A DNA stretch of 64,000 nt from an uncultured Eubacteriales bacterium (GCA_949287075.1 CASEEU010000012.1:919-64918), one strand, 5' to 3'; shown: positions 1 to 11,301, numbered from the stretch's first letter. A program made the numbers and translations. The notes: generated from the letters alone by a model not told the origin.

Positions 1-1
1 T

Positions 2-373
2 ATTATATTTGTAGACTCAAATGTTTGGAAAATATTAGTGATGGCATATATCATATCTTGGATAGTAGAAGTTGCTAGAAAAATAAGATGCAAAGAGGAT
101 GAAGAAGAGGGTGTAAAAACCTATACAGCTGTTTTAGGCATTGGTAAAGCAATGATACTAATATTTGTATTGGAAACTTTGCTAATGCTTGTACAAGGTA
201 CAATCCTAGGACAGAAAAATTATATCTGGATACTTGCTTTATACATATTAGCCAATATTCCTAATATTTTATTTGCAAAAAAGAAAACAAAAAAAATGGC
301 AAAATTAGCAGGACTTTCGGCAAATATCTATATAGCCATTGTATATTGTAGTTTAGTAATATTAATTTTATAG
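2..373 (+). CDS. Membrane protein, probable UbiA-prenyltransferase-family C-terminal part (5' partial)
   Basis: Frame open from position 2; hydrophobic helices; 'EVARKIRCKEDEEEGVKTYT' resembles the UbiA-like proteins found next to PEP-utilising enzymes. Confidence 0.5.
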   Translation: MIFVDSNVWKILVMAYIISWIVEVARKIRCKEDEEEGVKTYTAVLGIGKAMILIFVLETLLMLVQGTILGQKNYIWILALYILANIPNILFAKKKTKKMAKLAGLSANIYIAIVYCSLVILIL

Positions 374-381
374 GAGAACAG

Positions 382-3007
382 ATGATGAAATATGTATTAG
401 AACAAAATAGTAAACAATATGAATTTATGGGAGGAAAAGCAACAGCTTTGGCAAAAATTGGACAAGCAATTGATAATATTCCAAAGTGGTTTGTGGTGTC
501 TCATGAAGGTTTTGATAAAAAGGAAAAAAACATAAAAGAAGAAGCAATAAAAGAAGTAGAAGAATTTTTAAAAATGTTTCCAGATGATACTTATTTTGCC
601 ATTCGTTCATCAGCAGGAAACGAGGATTCCAAAGAAACATCTTTTGCAGGACAATTCGATACTTTTTTATATATTCCCAAAGAAGAGGTTATCGAAAAAA
701 TAAAAGAAGTATATCTATCTGCTTTTTCAGAAAGAATTGAAACATATCGAAAAGAAAATCATATAGAAGAGGTAATGGTGCCATCTGTTATTGTACAAAA
801 AATGGTGAAATCAGAAAAAGCAGGTGTGGCATTTGGAGCAAATCCAATTACATCTAATATAAAAGAGATTGTCATTAATGCTGTATATGGATTAGGAAGT
901 AGTTTAGTAGATGGTATTGCAACAGCAGATACTTATACCATTTTAAATGATAAAATTACCAAAACAATAGCCAAGAAAGATTATTGTCATATTTATGTAG
1001 ATGGTGAAATTAAGCAAGAAACAGTAAACGAAAAACAAAAGGATAAAGCAGTTTTAACAGATAACCAGATATTAGAAGTTAAAGAACTAGTAGAAAAAGC
1101 AAATGTGTTTTTTGGAAGATTTCAAGATATTGAATGGGCTTATGAAGATGAGAATCTATATCTATTACAATCTAGACCAATTACAACATTAGGAACAGTA
1201 AAAAATAAAGAAGAAAAGTTAAATGTATTTGACAATAGTAATATTGTAGAGAGCTATGGAGGAATTACAACCCCCTTAACATTCTCTTTTATTAGAACTG
1301 TCTATGAAAATGTATATTTAGAATTGTGTAAAATATTTCATGTAAAAGCAGAAAAAATAGAAATGAATGCACAAATGTTTAAAAACATGTTAGCTTTAAT
1401 AGACGGTCGTGTGTATTACAATCTATATGGTTGGTATGGATTACTTTCCATGTTTCCAGGATTAGGAAAAAACAAGAAATTTATGGAGCAAATGATGGGT
1501 GTGAAAGAATCTTTGCCAGATGACTTATTTCCAGTACCACAAGCTACATTTTCTGATAAAATTGGATTGATTTCAACTGGATATGGATTATTAAAAGGAT
1601 TTATGAAAATAAGAAAAATGACAGATAAATTCTATGTAAGATTAAATGAAGCATTAGAAGATAAAGATATCCAGCATATGGACTTATATGAATTACATGA
1701 TTATTACTATGAATTAGAAGGAAAATTGTTACACAAATGGGATGCACCATTAGTCAATGACTTTTTGGCGATGATTTTTTATGGACAATTAAAACAACAA
1801 TGTGAAAAATTATTTAAAGAAGATGGAAACTTGATACATAATGATTTATTATGTGATGAGGGAAATATCATTAGTGCAGAGCCAGCAAAAAGAATTCGAG
1901 AAATGGCAGAGATAGCAAAAGATGATGAAGAACTTTTACAGCTATTAGAAAATGAGGATATGCTATATATCCAAAAAGAACTTCCTAAATATCCAGAGTT
2001 TTATGAAAAAATACAAGCATATTTAGATAAATTTTCAGATAGATGTTTGCAAGAGTTAAAATTAGAAACTTTAACACTAAAAGACAATCCTATTAGCTTA
2101 TACCATTCAATATTGACATTTGCAAGAAGAATGCAAAAAACAAAAGTAAATGCATTAGATTCTGTAGAAGCTAGAAAACAGGCAGAAAGAAAAGTAAAAC
2201 AAGCCTTAAAATTTAAACCATTGGAAAAAACTAAATTTAATTTTTTATTAAAACAAGCAAGATATACAGTAAAAAATAGAGAAAATCTTAGATTTGAAAG
2301 GACAAGACTTTTTGGAAGAGTAAGAGAAATCTTTTTAAGAATGGGATATATATTAACTTCTTTAAATGTTATAGAAGAAAAAAGAGACATATTTTATTTA
2401 GAAGTAGATGAAATTTTATACTATATTGATGGCAAATCAACAACCAACAATTTAAAAGATTTAATTGCTATACGAAAGAAAGAATATGAAACATATAAAG
2501 AAAATAACCCAGATGAAAGATTTTATACTTATGGAGCTGTCAATATTGGAAATAACTTTAAAAAGGAAATAGAAATTCATACAAACAAAACAGATAAAAA
2601 CGAAAATGAAGATGAAACAAATAGAGAAGAAGTAGATAGAAATAAACAACATAAAAACCAAGTACCTGTGAATAAATCAGAAGAAAAACAATTAAAAGGA
2701 ATTCGGAGCATCACCAGGAAAGGTTACTGGAAGAGTAAAAGTGATAGATAATCCGGCAAATGCAAAATTAGAACAAGGAGAAATCTTAATTGCTGAATAT
2801 ACAGATCCGGGTTGGATTATGCTATTTCCAGCTGCTAGTGGAATTTTAGTAGAAAGAGGAAGTTTATTATCCCACTCAGCAATTGTTTCAAGAGAACTTG
2901 GTATACCTGCAGTAGTTGGCATTACAGGATTGCTAGACAATATAAAAACTGGCGATATGGTTGAATTAGATGGAACAACAGGTGTTGTAAGAAAAATATC
3001 AAATTAG
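382..3007 (+). CDS. PEP/pyruvate-binding (ATP-grasp) + central + C-terminal phospho-His swivel domain enzyme (PEP synthase/rifampin phosphotransferase-like architecture); requires +1 shift at 2704, about 874 aa
   Basis: GGKA, AIRSSA..ED..SFAGQ and QDIEW..LLQSRPIT motifs. ORFs 382..2751 and 2741..3007 join via ATT C GGA GCA TCA CCA GGA = LKGIGASPGKVTGRVKVI, leading to TDPGW and SHSAIVSRELGIPAVVG. Confidence 0.85.
2704..2707 (+). other. Putative +1 recoding site CGG-A (C+GGA Gly)
   Basis: In-frame CGG at codon 775; skipping C gives GIGASPG and joins the downstream ORF frame. Confidence 0.8.
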
Positions 3008-3047
3008 GGATGTTTCTGTCCCAAACAGAAACGTCCCCAAAAGGACA

Positions 3048-3806
3048 TTATGGTTCTTCAATTAGATCTTGCCAATATTTCTTAGGCATAAATTGCATTT
3101 GGCATCTAGCATTTTTTCTTTCTTGTATGGCAATGGTTTTGAAAAATAGTTTCCAAAGTTCTTGATATTTTTGTTCTTCTTTGGTAATATCAGGAATTGT
3201 TAAATTAGTACTATCAATGATTTTGTATTCTTGTGTATTGTATAAAAAACAAATATTTCTATTTTTATCATGAATCATAAAATTTTGAGTAGGTAGTCTT
3301 TTTATAAAATGATGTCCTAAAGGCTCTATAATATTATTATCGGGGTGAATAGAAGCATAATATAGATTTTCTCCAATTTCCATAAATCGAAGTAATCCTT
3401 TTAACTTATGGCATTCTGATAAAGCTCTTTTTCTCATATTGATAACAGAAAAGACATAGGAAATAGTAAGCATGGTGTTGATTTTAGGACCGATGTCAAA
3501 TCCATCACATAAATATTTTAGAATTTTGATTTCTTTTTCTTTTCCATCTGATAAAAAAGCATAAAAACTATTATATAAAGCTTCATAGCAAATATTTTTA
3601 TTAATTCCTTCAAAAACACGTTTTGCTCTTTCGTAATTGGTATCTATATATTGCGTTTTATCTAAAAAATTTTGTGTATAATCCTCTTCTGAAACAATTT
3701 TTTGTGGTAATGTTTTATGAGAATAACTATCAAATACAATAGTTAATAATCCATCAAATGTGCCATCATATAAATAAGTCGTATTTACAAGCTTCCAGTT
3801 AGACAT
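3048..3806 (-). CDS. TIGR03915-like putative DNA repair/metabolism protein (DUF4130)
   Basis: YDGTFDGLLT start, HKLKGLLRF, HF..R, and Q.MPKKYW end; overlaps the radical SAM partner. Confidence 0.85.
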   Translation of the reverse strand: MSNWKLVNTTYLYDGTFDGLLTIVFDSYSHKTLPQKIVSEEDYTQNFLDKTQYIDTNYERAKRVFEGINKNICYEALYNSFYAFLSDGKEKEIKILKYLCDGFDIGPKINTMLTISYVFSVINMRKRALSECHKLKGLLRFMEIGENLYYASIHPDNNIIEPLGHHFIKRLPTQNFMIHDKNRNICFLYNTQEYKIIDSTNLTIPDITKEEQKYQELWKLFFKTIAIQERKNARCQMQFMPKKYWQDLIEEP

Positions 3807-5083
3807 TTTATTTTATCCTCCTTTGTAGGTAACAATGTATCAAACATAGATAATTGTTCGTATTTCTTTTGTGGAATAGTGTTTCTCTCAGTATATAGTA
3901 AATTGGTTTCGATAAAATTTTTGTTAAATTTGTTGACTTCATAAAAATATTTTCCTTTGCAGGTAATAAAATATTGTGCCCTTTTTAAAACAACACCTAA
4001 TTTTTTTAAACTTTCAAAATCTAACAAAAATTCTCTTCTTGCAGTAATAATTTTTTTGGCACTAATAACACCAATACCAGGAATCCTAAGTAAAGTGTAA
4101 TAATTGGCCGTGTTGATTTCTATTGGGAATTTATCTAAATTTCTTAAAGCCCAATCACATTTAGGGTCTAATAAAGTATTAAAATTTGGGTGTTCTTCAT
4201 TTAATAATTCATCTGCTTGAAATCCATAAAATCGAAGTAGCCAATCTGCTTGATATAATCGATTTTCTCTTAAAAGAGGTGGCTTTTCCAAAGTAGGTAG
4301 GTTTTTATCATTATTAATAGAAACATAAGCAGAATAGTAAACTCTTTTTAGTTTTAAAGATTTATACATCCCTTCAGAAAGTTTTAATATTTTTAAATCT
4401 GTTTCAGGTGTAGCACCAACCATTAATTGTGTAGTTTGACCTGCTGGAACAAATTTCTTTTTATATTTCGATTTATCCATTTTATTTAACTTTAGTGTAT
4501 TAGAAATATAGGTCATTGGTTTTAAAATTCCGTCTTTTTCTTTTTGAGGTGCCAATAATTTCAAACTATCATTTGAAGGAAGTTCTATATTAATACTCAT
4601 TCTGTCTACTAAAATACCTAATTTATCGATTAATTCTTGACTACAACCAGGAATCGTTTTACAGTGAATATATCCGTTAAAATGATATTCATTTCTTAAA
4701 ATAGAGGCTGTTTCAAGTAGTCTTTCCATTGTATAGTCAGGAGATTTGATAACTGCTGAACTTAGAAATAGTCCTTCTATATAATTTCGTTTATAAAAAT
4801 GAATGGTTAAATCTGCAACTTCACGAGGCGTAAAGGTAGCTCTAGGTACAGAATTGGAAGAGCGATTAATACAATATTTACAATCATACATACAGGCATT
4901 TGTAAATAAAATTTTTAAAAGAGAAATACATCTGCCATCTGCACCCCAGCTATGACAAATACCAGAAACATGACCATTCCCAATTCCATTGTTTGTATTT
5001 TTTCGATCACTGCCACTAGAGCTACAAGAAGCATCATATTTAGCAGAATCAGCAAGTATTTTTAATTTATCAAAAATGTCCAT
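3785..5083 (-). CDS. Putative DNA modification/repair radical SAM protein (TIGR03916-like)
   Basis: AKYDASCSSSG, CxxxCxxC (CMYDCKYC), RLYQADWLLRFYGF, HhH LLRIPGIG. Confidence 0.9.
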   Translation of the reverse strand: MDIFDKLKILADSAKYDASCSSSGSDRKNTNNGIGNGHVSGICHSWGADGRCISLLKILFTNACMYDCKYCINRSSNSVPRATFTPREVADLTIHFYKRNYIEGLFLSSAVIKSPDYTMERLLETASILRNEYHFNGYIHCKTIPGCSQELIDKLGILVDRMSINIELPSNDSLKLLAPQKEKDGILKPMTYISNTLKLNKMDKSKYKKKFVPAGQTTQLMVGATPETDLKILKLSEGMYKSLKLKRVYYSAYVSINNDKNLPTLEKPPLLRENRLYQADWLLRFYGFQADELLNEEHPNFNTLLDPKCDWALRNLDKFPIEINTANYYTLLRIPGIGVISAKKIITARREFLLDFESLKKLGVVLKRAQYFITCKGKYFYEVNKFNKNFIETNLLYTERNTIPQKKYEQLSMFDTLLPTKEDKIKCLTGSL

Positions 5084-5093
5084 AACACACCTC

Positions 5094-5107
5094 CAAACAT
5101 ATGTACG
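5094..5107 (-). promoter_or_regulatory. Putative LexA/SOS box upstream of the radical SAM operon
   Basis: Minus strand CGTACATATGTTTG is one mismatch from the Firmicutes CGAAC-N4-GTTYG consensus; lies between a TATAAT-like -10 and the GGAGG RBS. Confidence 0.5.
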
Positions 5108-5345
5108 ATTATATCATTCCGAAAACAAAAATGCAATAGTTTTTCAAAACAAATTTTCGGTTTTTTATACAATACTAAACTTTACATAATTTCAAAAATA
5201 TGATATAATAGTATTACTGTTTATGCAGAATAAATAGAGAATTTATTTCTCAAAGAAAATATACTATATTATAGTATATAAACAAAAGAAAAAATCTTCT
5301 ATAAAAATGCATTAAACAAAAGAAAAGAATCAGGAGGAATAAAAA

Positions 5346-5975
5346 ATGAAAGAAACAAAAGAAACACGGATTGGAAACAATGATGCCTTTATTGTAGGTA
5401 CTATTGAACAAAGCTATGTAACTGAAAAAATAGCTGAAGAAACATTCTGCGCAACTAGAATTTCAACAGAGAGGATAAGTGGCGCTAGGGATATAATTAA
5501 TATGCTTATCCCGGAAAAAATCCTTAATCCAGACATGACTGTAGGTAAAAAAGTAAAAATAAAAGGAGAGTTTCGTTCAGAAAATGTAAAAGATGATGAT
5601 GGAAATACACACCTTTTACTATATTTTTTTGTTAACACAATAGAATTGGCAAGTGAATTTGCAATGGACGAAAACAATATATGCTTGAATGCATATATAT
5701 GCAAACCTACATTTTACCGGGAAACGCCATTGGGAAGAGAGATTACAGATATGATGGTAGCTGTAAATCGGCCCGATGGTGAAAGTGACTATATTCCGTG
5801 TATTGCGTGGAATAGAACTGCAAGGTGGTCAGCAGCTTTAGAACCTGGTGATTACATCAGAATAATCGGAAGAATTCAGAGCAGGGAATATTTTAAAAAA
5901 CGCCCAGATGGAGAAAAAGAAAAAAGGGTAGCTTATGAAGTCTCCATCAAAAGAACATTTTTTGTAGAAGAGTAA
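5346..5975 (+). CDS. ssb: Single-stranded DNA-binding protein paralog (tandem OB-fold clostridial type)
   Basis: YRETPLGREITD..VAVNRP..SDYIPCIAW..GRIQSREY motifs; AGGAGG RBS. Confidence 0.8.
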   Translation: MKETKETRIGNNDAFIVGTIEQSYVTEKIAEETFCATRISTERISGARDIINMLIPEKILNPDMTVGKKVKIKGEFRSENVKDDDGNTHLLLYFFVNTIELASEFAMDENNICLNAYICKPTFYRETPLGREITDMMVAVNRPDGESDYIPCIAWNRTARWSAALEPGDYIRIIGRIQSREYFKKRPDGEKEKRVAYEVSIKRTFFVEE

Positions 5976-5980
5976 AGTGG

Positions 5981-6026
5981 AAGGGAAGAATAAAGCGGAA
6001 GAGGGAAGCTTTATTCTTCCCTTTTT
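5981..6026 (+). terminator. Rho-independent terminator
   Basis: AAGGGAAGAATAAAGC...GCTTTATTCTTCCCTT stem followed by T-run. Confidence 0.8.
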
Positions 6027-6141
6027 GCTAATAATATTATAATTTTAAAAATTTTTTATGTAGTATTGAAAATTTTAAAAGGAAACTATATAATACTAAA
6101 CGATACATACAAAAGTAAATTAGAAAAGGAAGGTTGTAAAA

Positions 6142-7143
6142 ATGATACAAATAGAAAACAAATATGGAAACAATTATGGAAACAATTATGGAAATATATA
6201 TGGAGAAATCAAAACATCGATTCCAAAAATAAAAGTTATTGGAATTGGTGGAGGTGGCAATAATGCTGTTAGACAAATGGTGGAAGATAAAGTAAAAGAT
6301 GTTGAATTTTATTTTATTAATACAGAACTTGCCATGTTAAATAAAACCAAAATGGAAAATGTATTACAAATTGGAAAAGAGACAACCAAAGGATTAGGAG
6401 CAGGAGCTAATCCAGATATGGGAGAAAAAGCTGCCATTGAAAGTAAAGAAGATATCAAAAAATTATTAGAAGGTACACAATTATTATTCCTAACAGCAGG
6501 AATGGGAGGAGGAACTGGAACAGGAGCAATTCCAGTAGTTGCAGAAATTGCTCAAGAAATGGGAATTCAAACAATTGCCATTGTCACAAAACCATTTCTT
6601 TTTGAAGGAAGATTAAGATCAAGTAGAGCAGATGTTGGAATTGAAAAATTAAGACAACATGTTAATAGTTTAATATTAATTTCAAATGATAAATTATTAA
6701 AACTTGCAGGAAGTCAAAAGATGAGTGTCATTAATGCATTTAAAATGGCAGATGACGTATTAGAACAAGGAATTAAAAGTATTACAGATTTAATTACATC
6801 GGTAGGAGATATTAATGTTGATTTTGCAGATATCACGACTATGTTAACATATAAAGGAATGGCATATATGGGAATCGGAGAAGCAGAAGGAGAAGGTAGA
6901 ATGATAGATGCCGTTAACCAAGCTATTGACAATGCACTAACAGAAAATAAAATTAATAATGCCAAAGGTGTTATCTTTAATGTTAGAGGAAATTCTGAGT
7001 TAGCATTAAGTGAAATTAATGATGGTATTGGTAAAATTAATGATTTAATTAGTGAAGATGCTAATGTTGTATTTGGAACCATTACAGATAACTCTTTAGA
7101 TGATAAAATCGTGGTTACAGTAATCGCAACAGGTGTAGAATAA
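6142..7143 (+). CDS. ftsZ: FtsZ-family tubulin-like GTPase lacking the C-terminal tail
   Basis: [25 protein letters not shown] signature, INVDFAD T7 loop; ends at VIATGVE. Confidence 0.85.
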   Translation: MIQIENKYGNNYGNNYGNIYGEIKTSIPKIKVIGIGGGGNNAVRQMVEDKVKDVEFYFINTELAMLNKTKMENVLQIGKETTKGLGAGANPDMGEKAAIESKEDIKKLLEGTQLLFLTAGMGGGTGTGAIPVVAEIAQEMGIQTIAIVTKPFLFEGRLRSSRADVGIEKLRQHVNSLILISNDKLLKLAGSQKMSVINAFKMADDVLEQGIKSITDLITSVGDINVDFADITTMLTYKGMAYMGIGEAEGEGRMIDAVNQAIDNALTENKINNAKGVIFNVRGNSELALSEINDGIGKINDLISEDANVVFGTITDNSLDDKIVVTVIATGVE

Positions 7144-7268
7144 AATTGAAATTTTATGTAAAATATGGTATAATAAAAGGTACATATGGCAATGTTCATG
7201 TGTAGCAAACCTCGTGTTTGCATAGGAACTTGTTGACAATAGTAAAAAAAATTTGGAGGTAAAAAAGG

Positions 7269-7565
7269 ATGATGATGAATTATTTGGAGGAAATGAGAAG
7301 TAATCTGCGGAGATTAATGTACGAAGAGCAGGAGATGACTCGGCGGGATTACGAGGCGGTCGAAGAAATGAGGGGAGCTGTCAAGGCGATTCTTGAGAAT
7401 GTAGAAGATGAAGTCAGTAAAATGACGAGAATGTCATATACAATACAGGAAAATAGAACCTTCTATCATTCAGCTGAACCGTTACAGGTCGCAATCTCTG
7501 AAAAGAAAAGAGAGCTAGAAGCATGGGAGGAGATTTACTCTACTCTCAACAATTTGCTAAGATAA
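7269..7565 (+). CDS. Hypothetical helical protein (GC-richer stand-alone gene)
   Basis: GGAGG RBS; TTGAAA-17-TATAAT promoter at 7146-7174; own terminator. Confidence 0.6.
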   Translation: MMMNYLEEMRSNLRRLMYEEQEMTRRDYEAVEEMRGAVKAILENVEDEVSKMTRMSYTIQENRTFYHSAEPLQVAISEKKRELEAWEEIYSTLNNLLR

Positions 7566-7586
7566 GTTATAAGTTCATTGTCATAA

Positions 7587-7622
7587 GTTCAGGCAGAGAC
7601 TTGCTAAAGTCTCTGCCTGAAC
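7587..7622. terminator. Hairpin terminator between convergent genes
   Basis: GTTCAGGCAGAGACTT-GCTA-AAGTCTCTGCCTGAAC perfect stem. Confidence 0.75.
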
Positions 7623-7646
7623 GCATTTTATTAAAAAAAATTTAAT

Positions 7647-9159
7647 TTAGAGGAATTTTTTCATTTTCATATAAACGTGTTTTCTATCAAATACTATCAT
7701 AAAAATCAAATAAAATAAAATAAATAAAGCAATTTGCATAATGGTATTTAATGAAAAATTTGAAAAAGTGATAGGTAATAGTTTAATTAGTAAATAAGAT
7801 ACTAGACAAGCAAAAATAGGTCTTACAACAAATTTTTTTAAATTTACAGAATAGTTAATTTTTTTCTTTAATTGAATACTACTAATGGTAAAGTTTAAAA
7901 GTTCACTTACAAAAATACTTAAAATATATCCATACATTCCCATGATCGGAACAATAAAAAAGATAATCGAAATGGTAACTAATAAATCAATGATGTTGCA
8001 AACCATAACACTTACTTGTTCATTAATACCTTTTAGCATATTATCAATAATATTATCTATATACATAAAAAAGATAAGAGGTGCTAATATTTTTATCCAT
8101 TTACCTGCCTCAATAGATTGATAAACCATAAGACTAATTTCATTTGCAAATATAATAAAAACACCAGTTACACAAATAGAAAAAATAAAAGTAACTTTAA
8201 AAATCGTATCACAAACAGTTTTTAACCTGTTATAATTCCCACCAGCAAGCAATCGCGAAAATTCTGGAACCAATAATCCGCTAAAAGAACCGATGAGAAC
8301 ATTTGCAAACATAATAACAGGCATAACCATTCCGACTAATTAAACCATAGTTAGAAACAGCTAAAGAATAGGAAATGCCAGATAATTCTAATCGAATGGG
8401 AATTAGGAATTGTTTTAAAGAAGAAAGTCCAGAGCGGATGCAAGAAGTGATACTAATAGGAAAAGCAATTGTAAAAATTTTTTTCTTCATCTGTACTGGT
8501 AAACTTCTTTTAGATATGTATTTTCTCCTATCAATCAAATAAAAGATGATGTTTAAACTAAAGGAGAATACTTCTGAAATAACATCAGCCAAAATAAGAA
8601 AAATACAAATAGATTCTACATCTTTTGAAGAATTAAAATATAGCAAACAAACAGTAGCAATGATTTTTACACTGGTTTCTAAAATTTGTGAAATAGCACT
8701 CTTATAAGGCTTTTCAACAGAAGAAAAATACCCACCAATCACAGAGGAAATGGAAATCAGTGGTAACCCAAGTGAAATTAGGTAAAGAGGAATTCTTGAT
8801 ACCATATTTTTTAACCAAGTAGCAGAAATAATAGGGGTAAATAAAATTACGAGAATTGAAGAAAAAACCCCTAATAATAATCCAAATATAATAGAGGTTT
8901 TTACAGCTTTTATGCCATTAATATAATTTCCTTTGGCAAATTCTTCAGAAACAATACAAGTGCAAGCAATGCCAATTCCAGAAGTAGCAACTGTAATTGC
9001 AAAATTATAAACAGACATAATCAAACTAAAGATACCAATTGCTTCAGAACCTACTTTATTTGCTACATATATATTAAAAATTAGTCCAATACCACGCATA
9101 CTAAGTGCGGTTATAGTTAAAATAATACCATTAATAAAAAATAATTTTGTCTTTCTCAA
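7647..9159 (-). CDS. SpoVB/MurJ-like (MOP/MATE) polysaccharide flippase; requires +1 shift at 8334, about 503 aa
   Basis: ORFs 8281..9159 and 7647..8330 are the two halves; AGT C GGA ATG GTT ATG CCT gives YGLISGMVMPVIMF, typical of the SpoVB 'YG...GMa.P' motif. Confidence 0.85.
8331..8334 (-). other. Putative +1 recoding site CGG-A
   Basis: In-frame CGG at codon 276; skipping C fuses the two flippase halves. Confidence 0.8.
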
Positions 9160-9254
9160 AATATCACCTTTTTAAATGATATTAAGGAAAAACAAAAATT
9201 ATGTCCCATCAACAAACGAACTCTATGGGACAAATGTCGCACAGAAAAACGAAC

Positions 9255-9971
9255 TCAATGCGACATTAATGTGACATTGACAAGACCTTCTGTAACAGAA
9301 GATAAAATTTTTATATCATTTCCCGTATCATTTCGAAATTTAAAATCATAACTACCGTGAGCAACAGCAGCATCTTTACCATCTGGTACATATGGTACAT
9401 GGTTGCTATGTGGATGTCTTTCGATAACGGTTAAATTAGAAACCGCTAATACAGCATTATATAAGGTACTGCTAACTTGACAATTACCACCACCATAGCC
9501 TTTTTTCTTATTTCCATCATGGTCATAGATATCGGCTTTTAAATATCCTTTACTACTTGTAGCAGGACCAACTGTATCACAAAAAGAAAATGTTTCGCCT
9601 GTTTTTACAATGGTTCCATCTAATGTAGATGTTGTGATTTCCATGTTTTTTGTTCTATTAGCATCATTAGAATAAATTTTTGTAGAAAAGGCAGAGAGTT
9701 GTTTTTCAAATGCTTTTGCTGTATTTTCTACGTTTGATGTGTTTTCAGCGGTTGTATTTGTGGTTTCAGCAGTAGATTCATTGTTAGATGTATTTTCTTC
9801 ATTAGATGTATCGTTTTCACTATTAGATGTGTTATTTTCGGCAGAAGTTCTATTAGCCTCATAATTTGAGTCTTCATTATTTGGATTCCTATTTTGCATA
9901 TAAAAATAAATACCAATTCCAATTAATGCAAGTATAGCAAGGATAATAAAGATTCGTGCTTTTTTATTCAT
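9255..9971 (-). CDS. VanW-family protein with N-terminal TM anchor and N/T/E-rich linker
   Basis: GETFSF, GGGNCQVSSTLYNA, ERHPHS..YVP.G.DA.V motifs. Confidence 0.85.
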   Translation of the reverse strand: MNKKARIFIILAILALIGIGIYFYMQNRNPNNEDSNYEANRTSAENNTSNSENDTSNEENTSNNESTAETTNTTAENTSNVENTAKAFEKQLSAFSTKIYSNDANRTKNMEITTSTLDGTIVKTGETFSFCDTVGPATSSKGYLKADIYDHDGNKKKGYGGGNCQVSSTLYNAVLAVSNLTVIERHPHSNHVPYVPDGKDAAVAHGSYDFKFRNDTGNDIKILSSVTEGLVNVTLMSH

Positions 9972-10074
9972 TCAAATCACCAATTTTATTGTAACCAAAA
10001 GTTTAAAAATTATTGACAATTCAAGAAAAAATATATATAATTATATATGGATATTATGGAAAGGAAGAAAACAT

Positions 10075-10254
10075 ATGCTTGCTAAATATTGGAAAAAAAT
10101 TGGAATGGTTATTTTAATAGTAGCTTGTGTGTTTAATATCATGAATAAATTGGTACATAAACTTTCACTAAACAGTGAAATGTTGTCATCTGCACAATAT
10201 ATTTATGACCAACAACAAAATGAAACAAATAATAATGAAAATAACACAAATTAG
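10075..10254 (+). CDS. Small membrane protein (59 aa, not in ORF track)
   Basis: MLAKYWKKIGMVILIVACVFNIMNKLVHK...; AAGGAAG RBS; upstream TTGACA...TATAAT. Confidence 0.6.
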   Translation: MLAKYWKKIGMVILIVACVFNIMNKLVHKLSLNSEMLSSAQYIYDQQQNETNNNENNTN

Positions 10255-10332
10255 GACTTGAAAAATATAAAAAAATATGTTATGATAAAAAACAGTCATA
10301 TTATTTCAAATTAAGAAAGAGGTGAACAATCA

Positions 10333-10533
10333 ATGAAAGAAGGATTACATCCAAATTATAACCAAACAACAATCACATGTGCATGTGGTAATGTTTTAGA
10401 AGTTGGTTCAACAAAAAAAGATATTAAAGTAGATATATGCTCTAAATGTCATCCATTCTGGACAGGAAACCTAAGACAAGAAACAGCTGGTGGTAGAGCA
10501 GATAGATTTAAGAAAAAATATGGACTTGCATAA
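10333..10533 (+). CDS. rpmE: 50S ribosomal protein L31 (Zn-binding type)
   Basis: [36 protein letters not shown]. Confidence 0.97.
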   Translation: MKEGLHPNYNQTTITCACGNVLEVGSTKKDIKVDICSKCHPFWTGNLRQETAGGRADRFKKKYGLA

Positions 10534-10626
10534 AAATGAAAGTAGAAAAACTCTACTTTTATTTTTTTATAAAAAATTTTTATAGATAGTTTCATAAAAA
10601 AACCACTTCTGTTTTTCAGAGTGGTT

Positions 10627-11301
10627 TTAAATATATCTATATAATTTTGCAATTTCTTCAGAAGTTAATATATCTTGAACTTTTAACTTTGTCATTTTAC
10701 CAGATAAAGGAGAATGAATAGCTCCTTTTGGTGTTAAATAAACCAAATAATTGTATGAAGATAGGAATAATTCTACATTTCCATTATCATTTGTATCATA
10801 TCCATATCCAAACTCGGTAAATTGGTTATCTGGATTTAATGTTAAAAAAGTTACATATGGTCTAAAATTATTATTTTTATCTGCAATTTCATAAGTTACC
10901 AAAAATACTTCACTAAAAGAGATACCTTCTAATTCAAAACTTTTAATATATTTTATATCTAATAAATTTAAAAATCTTGCTTCATCAGAAAGATATGTGT
11001 ATTCAGGGAGATCTTTTATAGGTTTTAAATCCTTTGTGGTTAAAAAATATGGATTTACGGTATTTCCTGATAAAGCATCTACAAAAGATTTCATATCTAA
11101 CATTCCCCATAAAGCTAAGATATGTTTATCTATTTTATGTTTTATATCTCTTTTTAATAAATCATTGGTGTTTAATAATTGCAAATCTTCTAACGAGAAA
11201 TTTTTGTTTTCATTTTTTGCTTGTCTATATATTTCAACTATATTAGAACGACCAGTTCTTTTAGAAGTTTTTGTTTTTAATAAAGAATCAAAATCATTCA
11301 T
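10627..11301 (-). CDS. Hypothetical protein
   Basis: 224-aa ORF with GGAGG RBS; no recognised motif. Confidence 0.6.
   Translation of the reverse strand: MNDFDSLLKTKTSKRTGRSNIVEIYRQAKNENKNFSLEDLQLLNTNDLLKRDIKHKIDKHILALWGMLDMKSFVDALSGNTVNPYFLTTKDLKPIKDLPEYTYLSDEARFLNLLDIKYIKSFELEGISFSEVFLVTYEIADKNNNFRPYVTFLTLNPDNQFTEFGYGYDTNDNGNVELFLSSYNYLVYLTPKGAIHSPLSGKMTKLKVQDILTSEEIAKLYRYI

Noticed and set aside
2741-3007. Stand-alone 88-aa PEP-utiliser gene
   Set aside because: Better explained as the +1-frame continuation of 382..; homology extends upstream of its GTG to the CGG site.
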